DNA from: Clostridia bacterium
GTDB taxonomy: Bacteria; Bacillota; Clostridia; Saccharofermentanales; UBA5734
NCBI GenBank assembly: GCA_040776905.1
Contig: JAXGZQ010000003.1
Span: 3,382 to 67,381, forward strand
Reading direction: 5' to 3'
Length of the DNA: 64,000 nt
The notes beneath the pieces were generated by a model that was not told the DNA's origin, did not search any database, and worked only from the letters and a program-made list of their open reading frames with translations. Below, piece after piece: positions 17,935 to 26,733 of this stretch; position 1 is the first letter of the stretch; each line of letters opens with the position of its first letter. The position numbers and the translations under genes are program-made.

Positions 17935-20523
17935 ATGGATAATGCATATCAATGGGTGCCGTTTTACGAAGCACTCGCCGATAAATTGCTCGCATACAGC
18001 GATAAAAGGGACGAACTCTTTGCTCTAATGAAAAAAGTTTCGTCGGAGCAACCACTGATGAAATATTTGCATTTTGAGCGGGAAGATTGGTGGGAGCCTC
18101 GGCATCACCAGATTGACCCGTTCTCTGTAATTGGCGTTATGAATCGTGGTACAACGGACGCAAACCGAACAGTATTGGCGAAGGTTCTTGCCGCAACATT
18201 TGATATACAAATTTCTGCACCTACGAAGTTTGAGGGTATCCCAGTTCTAAATAATATGAACTCATTCTTCAATGGGGTGGATGAAGTATGGGATTTATTC
18301 CTGCTGGCCATGAAAGCCGCTGAAACAAATGAATATTCAGCTGAATTTAAAGTGGCTTTTGAAAAGGCGATCGCAGTCAGCGGCAACGGTCTTGCCTATA
18401 TTACAATGGGATTGTATTGGATACGCCCCAATGTTTTTATGCCGTTAGATGGGAATTCCCGCTCATTCGTTTCTGCCAAGTACGGCGTAACTGCTCCGAG
18501 TGGTAATTGCACGGGAGATGAATACGTGGCTTTTCTTGATATGCTCAAAGCAAAAGTAGCTAAGCAGACACCCAGTATTACACTCCCTGAAATTTCCTAT
18601 ACTGCTTGGACAGAAAAAAAAGAAGGCTCTCCAGAAAGTGGTAGTGGAAGTAATAAGGCTATAATTGTCGATGAACGGCAACAGCGGGCTGCGTTTAAAC
18701 AATGGTATGTAGACAATGGCGGTTCATCAAATTCTGCTAATACCATTTCGACTGCTATTGGCAAAACGAAGCTAAAAAATGGACGACCTGTATTTGCTAT
18801 TGCTGTATATGATGATCTTAATAATGCAATTAAGAACGGAGGTCTCGATGGGTATTTCCAAGCCAGTGGCGGTGAGTACTCAAAGATGGAGGCGATCTTA
18901 GATATTGAACCGTCGGTCCAAAGAGATGATCTGAAGAGCGGCATAAAGCATTATCTCAATTTCTTGCAAAGTGAAGGGGCATCAGTTGTAACAGATGGAG
19001 TTGAGGCACGGTTTAGCTCGCCCACGGGACGAACTATCGGTAATAAAATCCCTAAGAACCTCATCCTTTTTGGAACACCTGGCACAGGTAAGACCTATAG
19101 CTCAATACAGTATGCTGTTGCCATAATCGAGGAAAAACTTATTGCCGATGTGAAAGCCGAGGATTATGATGCAGTGTTTACTCGGTACCTGAAGTACAAA
19201 GAAGATGGACTTGTTGCATTTACGACATTCCATCAGTCATTTGGTTATGAGGAGTTCATTGAAGGTATTCGACCTGTTGTCTCGTCAGAGGATAAAGCCG
19301 AATCTGGGCGTGAAATCGAATATGAGGTTCACGATGGAATTTTTAAGGCTTTCTGTGACAAGGCCGGTACGCCTATTGGGAATGGTGGAAATATTGACTT
19401 AGGGATTGGTAAGAATCCTAGTGTATGGAAGGTTTCACTTGAAGGCACAGGTGATAATCCTACCCGGACTGAGTGCTTTGCAAATAGCCACATCCGTATC
19501 GGGTATGACGGCTACGGCGAAACTCTGCCAGATACCTATGAAAAGGGTGATAATGGAAGAAATATTCTAAACGCTTTCTACTACAAAATGCAAATCGGCG
19601 ATATTGTTCTGTCATGTTATTCAAACAAAACAATCGATGCTATCGGCATTATTACCGGTGAGCCGGAATGGCATAATGAATATCCTCACTATAAAAGGCT
19701 ACGAAAAGTAAAGTGGCTCGTAACAGGTATCAACGAGGATATCTACGAACTTAACTCCGAAAAACTAATGATGCAGCCATCGGTGTATAAGCTGTCAATC
19801 TCCGTGTCAGACGCCCTTCAACTGATTAAAAAGCTTAAACCATCCATATTTACGCAGAAGGTAAAAATCCCGAATCGCGTCTTCATAATCGATGAGATTA
19901 ACAGAGGAAATATATCGAAAATATTCGGCGAACTGATAACTCTCATTGAACCGACAAAACGCATAGGTGCAAGCGAACAATTGAGAGCTTCTTTACCGTA
20001 CTCAGGACAAAATTTTGGAGTGCCTGACAATATATATCTTATAGGTACGATGAATACCGCTGACCGTTCCATTGCTCGAATTGATGCAGCCCTACGCCGA
20101 CGATTCAATTTTGTTGAAATGTTGCCAGAATCGGAAACGCTCAAGGATATTCTTATCGACGGCATCGACATAGCTAAAATGCTCGATACCCTCAACAATC
20201 GAATAACGGTCCTACTCGACCGTGAGCATACCATTGGTCATTCATATTTTCTACAACCGTTGAAAGCTGATCCGAGCATTGACCGTCTTGCAATGATCTT
20301 TGGAAATGAGATAATTCCACTCCTGCAAGAATACTTCTATGACGATTATGAGAAGATCCAACTTGTGCTAGGTGATAACCAGAAGCCGGATGACAGTACT
20401 CGTTTCATTGTGAAAAAGACCGATGCATTGAAGCTGTTCGGGAATGCTGACATTGACTTTCCAGAATACTATGAGATTAACAGTGCGGCGTTCAGGGAGG
20501 TCGACGCATATGCGTTTATCTAA
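17935..20523 (+). CDS. mcrB: McrB-like AAA+ GTPase (type IV restriction, motor subunit) with a long N-terminal region and an inserted domain
   Basis: Track ORF 17926..20523. I prefer ATG 17935, 9 nt after GGAGG (17921-17925). Walker A is LFGTPGTGKTY, followed by FTTFHQSFGYEEFIEGIRP. The McrB signature is FIIDEINRGNISKIFGELITLIEP, followed by LIGTMNTADRSIARIDAALRRRFNF. Confidence 0.85.
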   Translation: MDNAYQWVPFYEALADKLLAYSDKRDELFALMKKVSSEQPLMKYLHFEREDWWEPRHHQIDPFSVIGVMNRGTTDANRTVLAKVLAATFDIQISAPTKFEGIPVLNNMNSFFNGVDEVWDLFLLAMKAAETNEYSAEFKVAFEKAIAVSGNGLAYITMGLYWIRPNVFMPLDGNSRSFVSAKYGVTAPSGNCTGDEYVAFLDMLKAKVAKQTPSITLPEISYTAWTEKKEGSPESGSGSNKAIIVDERQQRAAFKQWYVDNGGSSNSANTISTAIGKTKLKNGRPVFAIAVYDDLNNAIKNGGLDGYFQASGGEYSKMEAILDIEPSVQRDDLKSGIKHYLNFLQSEGASVVTDGVEARFSSPTGRTIGNKIPKNLILFGTPGTGKTYSSIQYAVAIIEEKLIADVKAEDYDAVFTRYLKYKEDGLVAFTTFHQSFGYEEFIEGIRPVVSSEDKAESGREIEYEVHDGIFKAFCDKAGTPIGNGGNIDLGIGKNPSVWKVSLEGTGDNPTRTECFANSHIRIGYDGYGETLPDTYEKGDNGRNILNAFYYKMQIGDIVLSCYSNKTIDAIGIITGEPEWHNEYPHYKRLRKVKWLVTGINEDIYELNSEKLMMQPSVYKLSISVSDALQLIKKLKPSIFTQKVKIPNRVFIIDEINRGNISKIFGELITLIEPTKRIGASEQLRASLPYSGQNFGVPDNIYLIGTMNTADRSIARIDAALRRRFNFVEMLPESETLKDILIDGIDIAKMLDTLNNRITVLLDREHTIGHSYFLQPLKADPSIDRLAMIFGNEIIPLLQEYFYDDYEKIQLVLGDNQKPDDSTRFIVKKTDALKLFGNADIDFPEYYEINSAAFREVDAYAFI

Positions 20524-21787
20524 TAAGACCTATACCATAACTGAATATGGCGGGTTTATAAGAGGTGCGTCGCTTAGTGGATATCAGAGTTTACCGGAGA
20601 GAACCTTCGCTGCGCTGGAAACATTTATTCTTGCTAATACCACTGGTGCAGAAACGGAGGCAATCGAATTACTCTCCTTGTCTGCTCGTCGCGGAATCGG
20701 CAAAATTATCACTGCTCGTAATTATGTTGGTCTGATAACGATGACGGATGGGACAGTCATAGAGATATTGCCGAAGATAGCAGGTGCCGACATTTCCGTG
20801 GGTGATACGAAGCGTATTTTCCTAGAAATGCTTAAAACACTGAAAGATGTGACTTTCAAGGACTTTAATGTCTCCCACTTGCGCACCGATAAAATGAGTC
20901 TCCTTGAGATCTTCATCAAGATGTTTCTTGATGAGGTGTCCGTTCTGACGAAACAAGGATTAAAAGCTGCATATATGCCCGTAGAAGCTAACGAACGGTT
21001 TTACAAAGGTAAATTGCTGGCTTCGCAGAACATTAAGCATAACCTGATGAACTATGAGCGATTCTTTGTTCGCTACGACGATTTTAGCATCAATCGACCT
21101 GAAAATCGACTAATTAAGTCCACCCTCCACTTTCTGTTGAAACAGACAGCGGATAGTCGTAACCGCCATAATGCCGCCCGGTTGCTCACGTTTTTTGAAA
21201 GTGTGGATTACTCAGAAAGCTACGAATCTGATTTTTCAAAGTGCATCAGCGACCGTAGTATGAGCCACTACGACAAAGCGCTTTCGTGGTGTCGAGTCTT
21301 CCAAAAGGGCAACAGTTTTACTGCCTTTGCTGGAAGTGAGGTTGCTCTAGCGCTTCTGTTCCCGATGGAGAAAATTTTTGAGAGCTTTATTGCAGCTAAG
21401 TTTCGCAAGCACCTTGGGAGTGGCGTCAGTCTCAGGACGCAAGACAACAGATATAGTCTGTTTGATAGTCCGATCCGTGCCTTTGCTCTCAGACCAGACC
21501 TTGTTTTAGAATCTGGAGAGCGCACAGTCATTTTGGACACAAAGTGGAAACTGCTATCCGATAATGTAAGAAACAACGGGATTTCACAGTCTGATATGTA
21601 TCAAATGTATGCTTATAGCAAGAAATATGACGCAGACGGTATCGTAATACTCTATCCTCAATCTGACAGCGTAAGCAAAGGTGAAATTAGGTATGCATCA
21701 GATGACAATGTTAAAGTTGATGTTTCTTTCATTGACCTGAGAAATGTGGACAGCTGCATTGTTAATTTGCTTTCGACGGTGTGCTGA
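20510..21787 (+). CDS. mcrC: McrC-like PD-(D/E)XK endonuclease subunit
   Basis: Track ORF 20444..21787. I prefer ATG 20510, 9 nt after AGGGAGG, which overlaps the mcrB end by 14 nt. The nuclease core is LRPDLVLESGERTVILDTKWKLL and the protein ends with a QMYAYSKKY segment. Confidence 0.8.
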   Translation: MRLSNKTYTITEYGGFIRGASLSGYQSLPERTFAALETFILANTTGAETEAIELLSLSARRGIGKIITARNYVGLITMTDGTVIEILPKIAGADISVGDTKRIFLEMLKTLKDVTFKDFNVSHLRTDKMSLLEIFIKMFLDEVSVLTKQGLKAAYMPVEANERFYKGKLLASQNIKHNLMNYERFFVRYDDFSINRPENRLIKSTLHFLLKQTADSRNRHNAARLLTFFESVDYSESYESDFSKCISDRSMSHYDKALSWCRVFQKGNSFTAFAGSEVALALLFPMEKIFESFIAAKFRKHLGSGVSLRTQDNRYSLFDSPIRAFALRPDLVLESGERTVILDTKWKLLSDNVRNNGISQSDMYQMYAYSKKYDADGIVILYPQSDSVSKGEIRYASDDNVKVDVSFIDLRNVDSCIVNLLSTVC

Positions 21788-21839
21788 AAAGCATCAAGTT
21801 ACCAGGACTTTAGTACCAAAAATCTACTGTCCAACGATT

Positions 21840-21898
21840 CCCCTATTGCTCAACGATATGCCCGCAAAAATGCACACCCTCCCCTATTGTCAAACGAT
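21840..21898 (+). repeat. Imperfect 18-bp direct repeat (15/18), 41 bp apart, in the non-coding island end
   Basis: cccctattgctcaacgat (21840-21857) against cccctattgtcaaacgat (21881-21898). A third caacgat lies at 21832-21838. These are candidate recombinase or regulator binding sites. Confidence 0.45.
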
Positions 21899-22021
21899 TA
21901 CCAGTGAGCACGACACCCAAAAGCCAAATCCGCGACTAAATATTGAGAGAAAGCCCTGACAATATCAGCACACTATTTTACCCAGAAAACCTCAAACGCT
22001 CTGATTTCAGGCACTTTCAGG

Positions 22022-22068
22022 CAAAATAATACCACCTTCTGATAGAAGCCATTCTATCAATAGATGGT
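22022..22068 (-). terminator. Putative intrinsic terminator downstream of tRNA-Leu
   Basis: On the minus strand the perfect 8-bp stem TGATAGAA/TTCTATCA has loop TGGC and extra flanking pairs (ACCA/TGGT). It is followed by ATTATTTTG. Confidence 0.45.
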
Positions 22069-22076
22069 ACTAGATT

Positions 22077-22161
22077 TGGTGCGGACGACAGGACTTGAAC
22101 CTGCACTCTGTTACGAACTGGAACCTAAATCCAGCATGTCTGCCAATTCCATCACGTCCGC
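22077..22161 (-). tRNA. tRNA-Leu, anticodon UAG, encoded CCA end, long variable arm (85 nt)
   Basis: The reverse complement reads GCGGACGTGATGGAATTGGCAGACATGCTGGATTTAGGTTCCAGTTCGTAACAGAGTGCAGGTTCAAGTCCTGTCGTCCGCACCA. The acceptor stem is 7 bp (GCGGACG/CGTCCGC). The anticodon stem is CTGGA/TCCAG with loop TTTAGGT. The T-loop is TTCAAGT. Confidence 0.85.
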
Positions 22162-22179
22162 CTGATTTTCAATTTCTGA

Positions 22180-22208
22180 ATTATAACATACCACCCATTG
22201 CCCGGCAA
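22180..22208 (-). promoter_or_regulatory. Sigma-A-type promoter for tRNA-Leu
   Basis: The minus strand reads TTGCCG, then 17 nt, then TATAAT, with an extended TG (atgtTATAAT). The -10 ends about 18 nt upstream of the mature 5' end. Confidence 0.5.
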
Positions 22209-22217
22209 TTAACTGGT

Positions 22218-22409
22218 TTATGCCTGAGGGGGTTGATCCTCCGGCGACAGCGGCGGTTGATCCGGGGGCAGGGGTTGGCTGGCGTTGTGCTGCTTTCTTT
22301 TTTCCAGCCACAGAGTCAGTCGTCTGGCAACCAGCAAGGCGAGCGCGATCAGCATAAAGGCAGCCATCAGCGCGACCAGTGGCAGAACGATCGATTCCCA
22401 GTCTTTCAC
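22218..22409 (-). CDS. Small membrane protein (63 aa) downstream of lepA
   Basis: GTG start with GGAAGGAAG 7 nt upstream. One hydrophobic helix (IVLPLVALMAAFMLIALALLVA) is followed by a Pro/Gln-rich tail. No family recognised. Confidence 0.4.
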   Translation of the reverse strand: MKDWESIVLPLVALMAAFMLIALALLVARRLTLWLEKRKQHNASQPLPPDQPPLSPEDQPPQA

Positions 22410-22427
22410 AGCGCTCTTCCTTCCCGA

Positions 22428-24239
22428 TTATTCATCAAGCCGCAGTACACTCATGAACGCTTCCTGCGGAACTTCGACCATACCGACCTGGCGCATCCGC
22501 TTCTTACCCTCTTTTTGCTTTTCCAGCAGTTTCTTTTTCCGTGAAATATCACCGCCATAGCATTTCGCCAGAACATCCTTACGATAGGCACGGACGGTCT
22601 CACGGGCAATGACTTTACCACCGATGCTGGCTTGAATCGGGATCTCAAACTGCTGGCGCGGGATATTCTCTTTCAGTTTTTCCGCGATTCTGCGGCCGCG
22701 GGCATAGGCTTTCTGTTCGTGCACAATGAAAGAAAGAGCATCAACGACTTCTCCGTTCAGCAGGATGTCCAGTTTGACCAGATTTGACTTCTGGTAGCCC
22801 TTGAATTCATAATCCAGCGACGCATACCCGCGGGTTCGCGATTTGAGCGCGTCAAAGAAGTCATAGATGATTTCATTCAGCGGCATATCATAATGCAAAT
22901 TGACCCGCGTCTTATCGAGGTAATCCATCGTGATGAATGACCCACGCCGGTCCTGGCACAATTCCATGATATTGCCGACATAGTCACTCGGTGCCAGAAT
23001 GGACGCTTTGACAATCGGTTCCTCAAGATAATCGACATCATTCATGTCCGGCATATTGGTCGGGTTGTCAAGCGTGACCACCCGGCCGTCAGTCATGTGA
23101 ATATGATAGACAACCGACGGGGCGGTTGAAATCAGGTCGAGCTGAAACTCACGCTCCAGACGCTCCTGAACAATTTCATAATGCAGCAGGCCGAGAAAGC
23201 CGCAGCGAAACCCGAAGCCCAGGGCAGCGGATGTCTCCGGCTCGAATGACAAGGCGGCATCATTGAGCTGGAGCCGTTCCAGCGCGTCGCGCAGATCCGC
23301 ATAGCGGGCGCCATCCACCGGGTAGAAGCCGCAGAAGACCATCTGGTTGACTTTCTTGTAACCCGGCAGGGCTTTTTCAGCCGGACGGACGGCCAGTGTC
23401 ACGGTGTCGCCGACGGCCGTATCGCGCACATTTTTGATACTGGAAACGATATAGCCGACATCACCGGCAATCAGTTCCTCGCAGGGTTGAAAATCACCGG
23501 GACGGAAATAGCCCAGTTCCGTCACGATGAACTCCTTCTTCGTGTTCATCATACGGATCCGGTCGCCGACGCGAACCGCGCCGTCTTTGACATTGACATG
23601 AACGATAACCCCTTTGTAGGTATCATATTTCGAGTCAAAGATCAGGGCGCGCAGCGGCGCCTCTTCATCGCCGGACGGTGCCGGCAGATGGCTGATCGTC
23701 TTTTCCAGCACTTCATCGATGTTGAGGTTATTTTTAGCGGAGATCAGCGGCGCGTCCGCAGCGTCCAGTCCGATGATATCCTCGATTTCCTGACGGATGA
23801 CCTCGGGCTGGGCAGACGGCAGGTCGATCTTGTTGATCACCGGCAGAATTTCCAGATTGGCGTCCAGCGCAAGATAGACGTTGGCCAGGGTCTGGGCTTC
23901 GATGCCCTGAGCGGCGTCGATGACCAGAATTGCTCCGTCACAGGCCGCCAGGGTCCGGGACACTTCATAATTGAAATCGACATGACCTGGAGTATCAATC
24001 AGATTCAGGGTATAGATCTCTCCGTCGGAAGCTTTATAGGACATGCGAACGGCCTGAGCTTTGATCGTGATGCCCCGTTCCCGTTCCAGATCCATGTTAT
24101 CCAGTACCTGATCCTGCATTTCGCGCATGGTCAGTGAACCGGTCCGCTCGATCATCCGGTCGGCCAGTGTCGATTTTCCGTGATCGATATGGGCGATGAT
24201 ACAGAAATTGCGTATCTTGTTCAGTCGTTCAGACGCCAT
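22428..24239 (-). CDS. lepA: Translation elongation factor 4 (LepA)
   Basis: 603 aa. G1 is [13 protein letters not shown]3 is DTPGHVDF, G4 is NKIDL, and the C-terminal LepA domain is present. Confidence 0.95.
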   Translation of the reverse strand: MASERLNKIRNFCIIAHIDHGKSTLADRMIERTGSLTMREMQDQVLDNMDLERERGITIKAQAVRMSYKASDGEIYTLNLIDTPGHVDFNYEVSRTLAACDGAILVIDAAQGIEAQTLANVYLALDANLEILPVINKIDLPSAQPEVIRQEIEDIIGLDAADAPLISAKNNLNIDEVLEKTISHLPAPSGDEEAPLRALIFDSKYDTYKGVIVHVNVKDGAVRVGDRIRMMNTKKEFIVTELGYFRPGDFQPCEELIAGDVGYIVSSIKNVRDTAVGDTVTLAVRPAEKALPGYKKVNQMVFCGFYPVDGARYADLRDALERLQLNDAALSFEPETSAALGFGFRCGFLGLLHYEIVQERLEREFQLDLISTAPSVVYHIHMTDGRVVTLDNPTNMPDMNDVDYLEEPIVKASILAPSDYVGNIMELCQDRRGSFITMDYLDKTRVNLHYDMPLNEIIYDFFDALKSRTRGYASLDYEFKGYQKSNLVKLDILLNGEVVDALSFIVHEQKAYARGRRIAEKLKENIPRQQFEIPIQASIGGKVIARETVRAYRKDVLAKCYGGDISRKKKLLEKQKEGKKRMRQVGMVEVPQEAFMSVLRLDE

Positions 24240-24315
24240 AAAGGGGTTGTGCCTCCATTTACATGCCGGTCACTCATCAACCGTCATGGTGTTATGATTG
24301 GTAAAATTGTTTGGA

Positions 24316-24915
24316 TCAGGGGCGGCCGATGCTGTCCAGAGGATAAAACCGGAACAGAACTTCACCGATGATCTGATCCGCGTGGATCGGGCCAAAGGTC
24401 CGGCTGTCCTGGCTGATCGCCCGGTTGTCGCCGAGGACATAGTATTCATCTTTGGCAAGAACCAGTGAACTGTATTCATCGCGTCGCGGGTCGGTGTCTA
24501 CATCAGCTGATAAATAGGATTCGGCCAGGCGCTCTCCGTTGAGGTACACCGCCTGATCGCGAATTTCAATGGTATCGCCGGGAACGCCAATGACCCGCTT
24601 GATGATATTGGTCGTGCCTTCATGCCCCTGCAGGCCCTCCGTACTGACCGTGATGATATCACCGTGGCCGGCACCGCCGAACCATTTGCTGACTTTCTCG
24701 ACCAGCAGTTGATCCTGATGATGCAAGGTAGGTGCCATCGACTGTCCGATCACCGCGTTGCGCTGAGCGACAAATACCACCAGCAGGAGTCCGATGACAA
24801 CCGCGAGCAGAATATATCTGAGCCAGTCGAGCACTTCATGCAAAAAGTCACGCTGCGGCCGCGGCTTTTCATAAACCGCCGTGCCGTTTACAGACTCTTC
24901 AGCTGAACGCTTCAT
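24316..24915 (-). CDS. lepB: Signal peptidase I (S26)
   Basis: The track ORF starts at TTG 24927. I prefer ATG 24915 (MKRSAEE...). It has a TM helix, the catalytic Ser box GQSMAPTL and the GDNRAISQDSR box. Confidence 0.85.
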   Translation of the reverse strand: MKRSAEESVNGTAVYEKPRPQRDFLHEVLDWLRYILLAVVIGLLLVVFVAQRNAVIGQSMAPTLHHQDQLLVEKVSKWFGGAGHGDIITVSTEGLQGHEGTTNIIKRVIGVPGDTIEIRDQAVYLNGERLAESYLSADVDTDPRRDEYSSLVLAKDEYYVLGDNRAISQDSRTFGPIHADQIIGEVLFRFYPLDSIGRP

Positions 24916-24923
24916 GGAACCCC

Positions 24924-26732
24924 TCAATTCTTTTGATCAGACGGAGACGATTCGTCCTCTGCTTCTACAATAATCGCCAGACCAAGCTCCGTCAATTGCG
25001 TCTCGTCGACCAGATTAGGCGCGTCGGTCATCAGGCAGGCTGATGTCTGCACTTTTGGAAAGGCAATTACATCGCGGATGCTGTCGCTGTTGGTGAGCAG
25101 CATGACCAGGCGATCGAGACCATAGGCGATACCGCCGTGCGGCGGAACACCATACTGGAAGGCTTCCAACAGGAATCCGAACCTGGCCCAGGCCTGTTCT
25201 TCAGTGAAGCCAAGCAGTTTGAACATGCGCTGCTGCAGATCCTGATTGAAGATCCGGATACTGCCGCCGCCCAGTTCTGTTCCATTCATGACCAGGTCAT
25301 AGGCCTTGGCACGGACCCGGCCGGGGTCACTTTCCAGAAATTCAATATCTTCATCCATCGGGCTGGTGAACGGATGGTGTTTGGCGACATAACGCCCGGC
25401 CTCCGGATCATGTTCGAGCAGCGGAAATTCAGTCACCCAGACCAGCTGAACCTGGTTTTCCGGGATCAGGCCACGCCGCCGGGCAACCTCAAGACGCAGT
25501 TGGCCGAGCGCGTCAAAGACAATGTCGTCCTGATCCGCGACGATCAGGAGCAGATCGCCGGGGTTGGCACCACAGCGGCTGATCATTGACGCAGCGGTTG
25601 GTTCATCGATGAATTTCGCGATCGAACCACGCAAGGGCGATTCAACCGAAAGCCAGGCCAGGCCGCCGGCCCGATAAGTTCTGATATATTCAGTCAGGCT
25701 GTCAATTTCTCTGCGGCTCATGTCGCTGCCGCCGGGAACACAGATCAGGCGGACACTGCCGCCGTTCGCCAGCGCGTTCTGAAATGGCTTGAACGAATTG
25801 TCACGGACGAGATCGCTGATGTCCGTCAGCTCAAGAGCAAAACGCAGATCCGGTTTATCTGAACCGTAACGATTCATTGCCTCTGCGTAGGTCAGGCGCG
25901 GCAGCGGCAGTTCAACCTGGTGGCCGATCGTTTCACGGATGACATGCCGGATGAACTGCTCATTGATTGCCATGACATCTTCACTGTCGACAAAGGACAT
26001 CTCCAAGTCAATCTGGGTAAACTCAGGCTGACGGTCAGCCCTGAGATCCTCATCGCGGAAGCAGCGCACAATCTGCATGTAGCGATCGTAGCCGGAAGCC
26101 ATCAACAGCTGCTTGAACAGCTGAGGTGATTGGGGAAGCGCAAAAAAACTGCCGGGAAAAACGCGGCTTGGTACGAGATAATCGCGGGCACCTTCCGGCG
26201 TACTGCGGGTCAGCATCGGTGTTTCGATCTCGAGAAAGCCGGCCGCGTCAAAAAAGTCACGGGTCAGTTTGGTCACGCGGTGGCGGAGCATCATTCTTTC
26301 CTGCATATCAGACCGGCGCAGATCGAGATAGCGGTATTTCAGGCGCAGGGCTTCATTGGCCTTGACATCCGGTTCAATATAGAACGGCGGTGTCTTAGCG
26401 GTACTGAGAACACGCAGTTCTTCAACATGAAGCTCAACCAGTCCTGTCTTCATCTCAGGATTGGGTGATGAGCGGCGTTCCAGTGTTCCACGGACCGCGA
26501 GGACATCTTCGCTGCGGACTCTGGCCGCTTTTTCACGGACTTCAGCCGGACTGTTTTCATCGACGAGAAGCTGCATCACACCGCTGCGGTCACGCAGCGT
26601 AATGAAAATCAGGCTGCCGAGATCGCGCCGGCGATGGCACCAGCCGCACAGGACAAAAGAATTACCGATCGCCTCGAGGTTGATTTCCGTACAGCGGGCA
26701 CTGCGCTTGAGTCCCTGTAATGTGTCTGCCAT
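24924..26732 (-). CDS. aspS: Aspartate--tRNA ligase
   Basis: 602 aa, bacterial type. The N-terminus is an OB fold. Class II motifs include [16 protein letters not shown] and GGGSIRIF. It starts 1 nt after the hisS stop. Confidence 0.95.
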   Translation of the reverse strand: MADTLQGLKRSARCTEINLEAIGNSFVLCGWCHRRRDLGSLIFITLRDRSGVMQLLVDENSPAEVREKAARVRSEDVLAVRGTLERRSSPNPEMKTGLVELHVEELRVLSTAKTPPFYIEPDVKANEALRLKYRYLDLRRSDMQERMMLRHRVTKLTRDFFDAAGFLEIETPMLTRSTPEGARDYLVPSRVFPGSFFALPQSPQLFKQLLMASGYDRYMQIVRCFRDEDLRADRQPEFTQIDLEMSFVDSEDVMAINEQFIRHVIRETIGHQVELPLPRLTYAEAMNRYGSDKPDLRFALELTDISDLVRDNSFKPFQNALANGGSVRLICVPGGSDMSRREIDSLTEYIRTYRAGGLAWLSVESPLRGSIAKFIDEPTAASMISRCGANPGDLLLIVADQDDIVFDALGQLRLEVARRRGLIPENQVQLVWVTEFPLLEHDPEAGRYVAKHHPFTSPMDEDIEFLESDPGRVRAKAYDLVMNGTELGGGSIRIFNQDLQQRMFKLLGFTEEQAWARFGFLLEAFQYGVPPHGGIAYGLDRLVMLLTNSDSIRDVIAFPKVQTSACLMTDAPNLVDETQLTELGLAIIVEAEDESSPSDQKN

Positions 26733-26733
26733 A

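Larger units (their letters stand above)
6540..22020 (+). mobile_element. AT-rich defence island (type I R-M + Hachiman-like + McrBC-like) between the phage block and tRNA-Leu
   Basis: GC drops sharply (22/60 in the line at 9001 against 38/60 at 30001). Nine co-directional genes are all defence-type or regulators. A tRNA gene lies at the right flank. No recombinase is present in the window. Confidence 0.65.

Noticed and set aside
21744-21959. 71-aa plus-strand ORF in the island tail
   Set aside because: It starts inside mcrC, has no SD and has odd composition. The region is better explained as non-coding repeats.
21803-22101. Shared CAGGACTT between the island tail (21803-21811), the GGGACTT at 6749-6755 and the tRNA T-arm (22090-22098), considered as att core remnants
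   Set aside because: The match is only 7-8 nt, which is expected by chance a couple of times in 64 kb on two strands. There is no extended flanking identity.
22111-22311. 66-aa minus-strand ORF overlapping the tRNA-Leu gene
   Set aside because: It runs straight through the tRNA and its promoter. The tRNA cloverleaf is far better supported.
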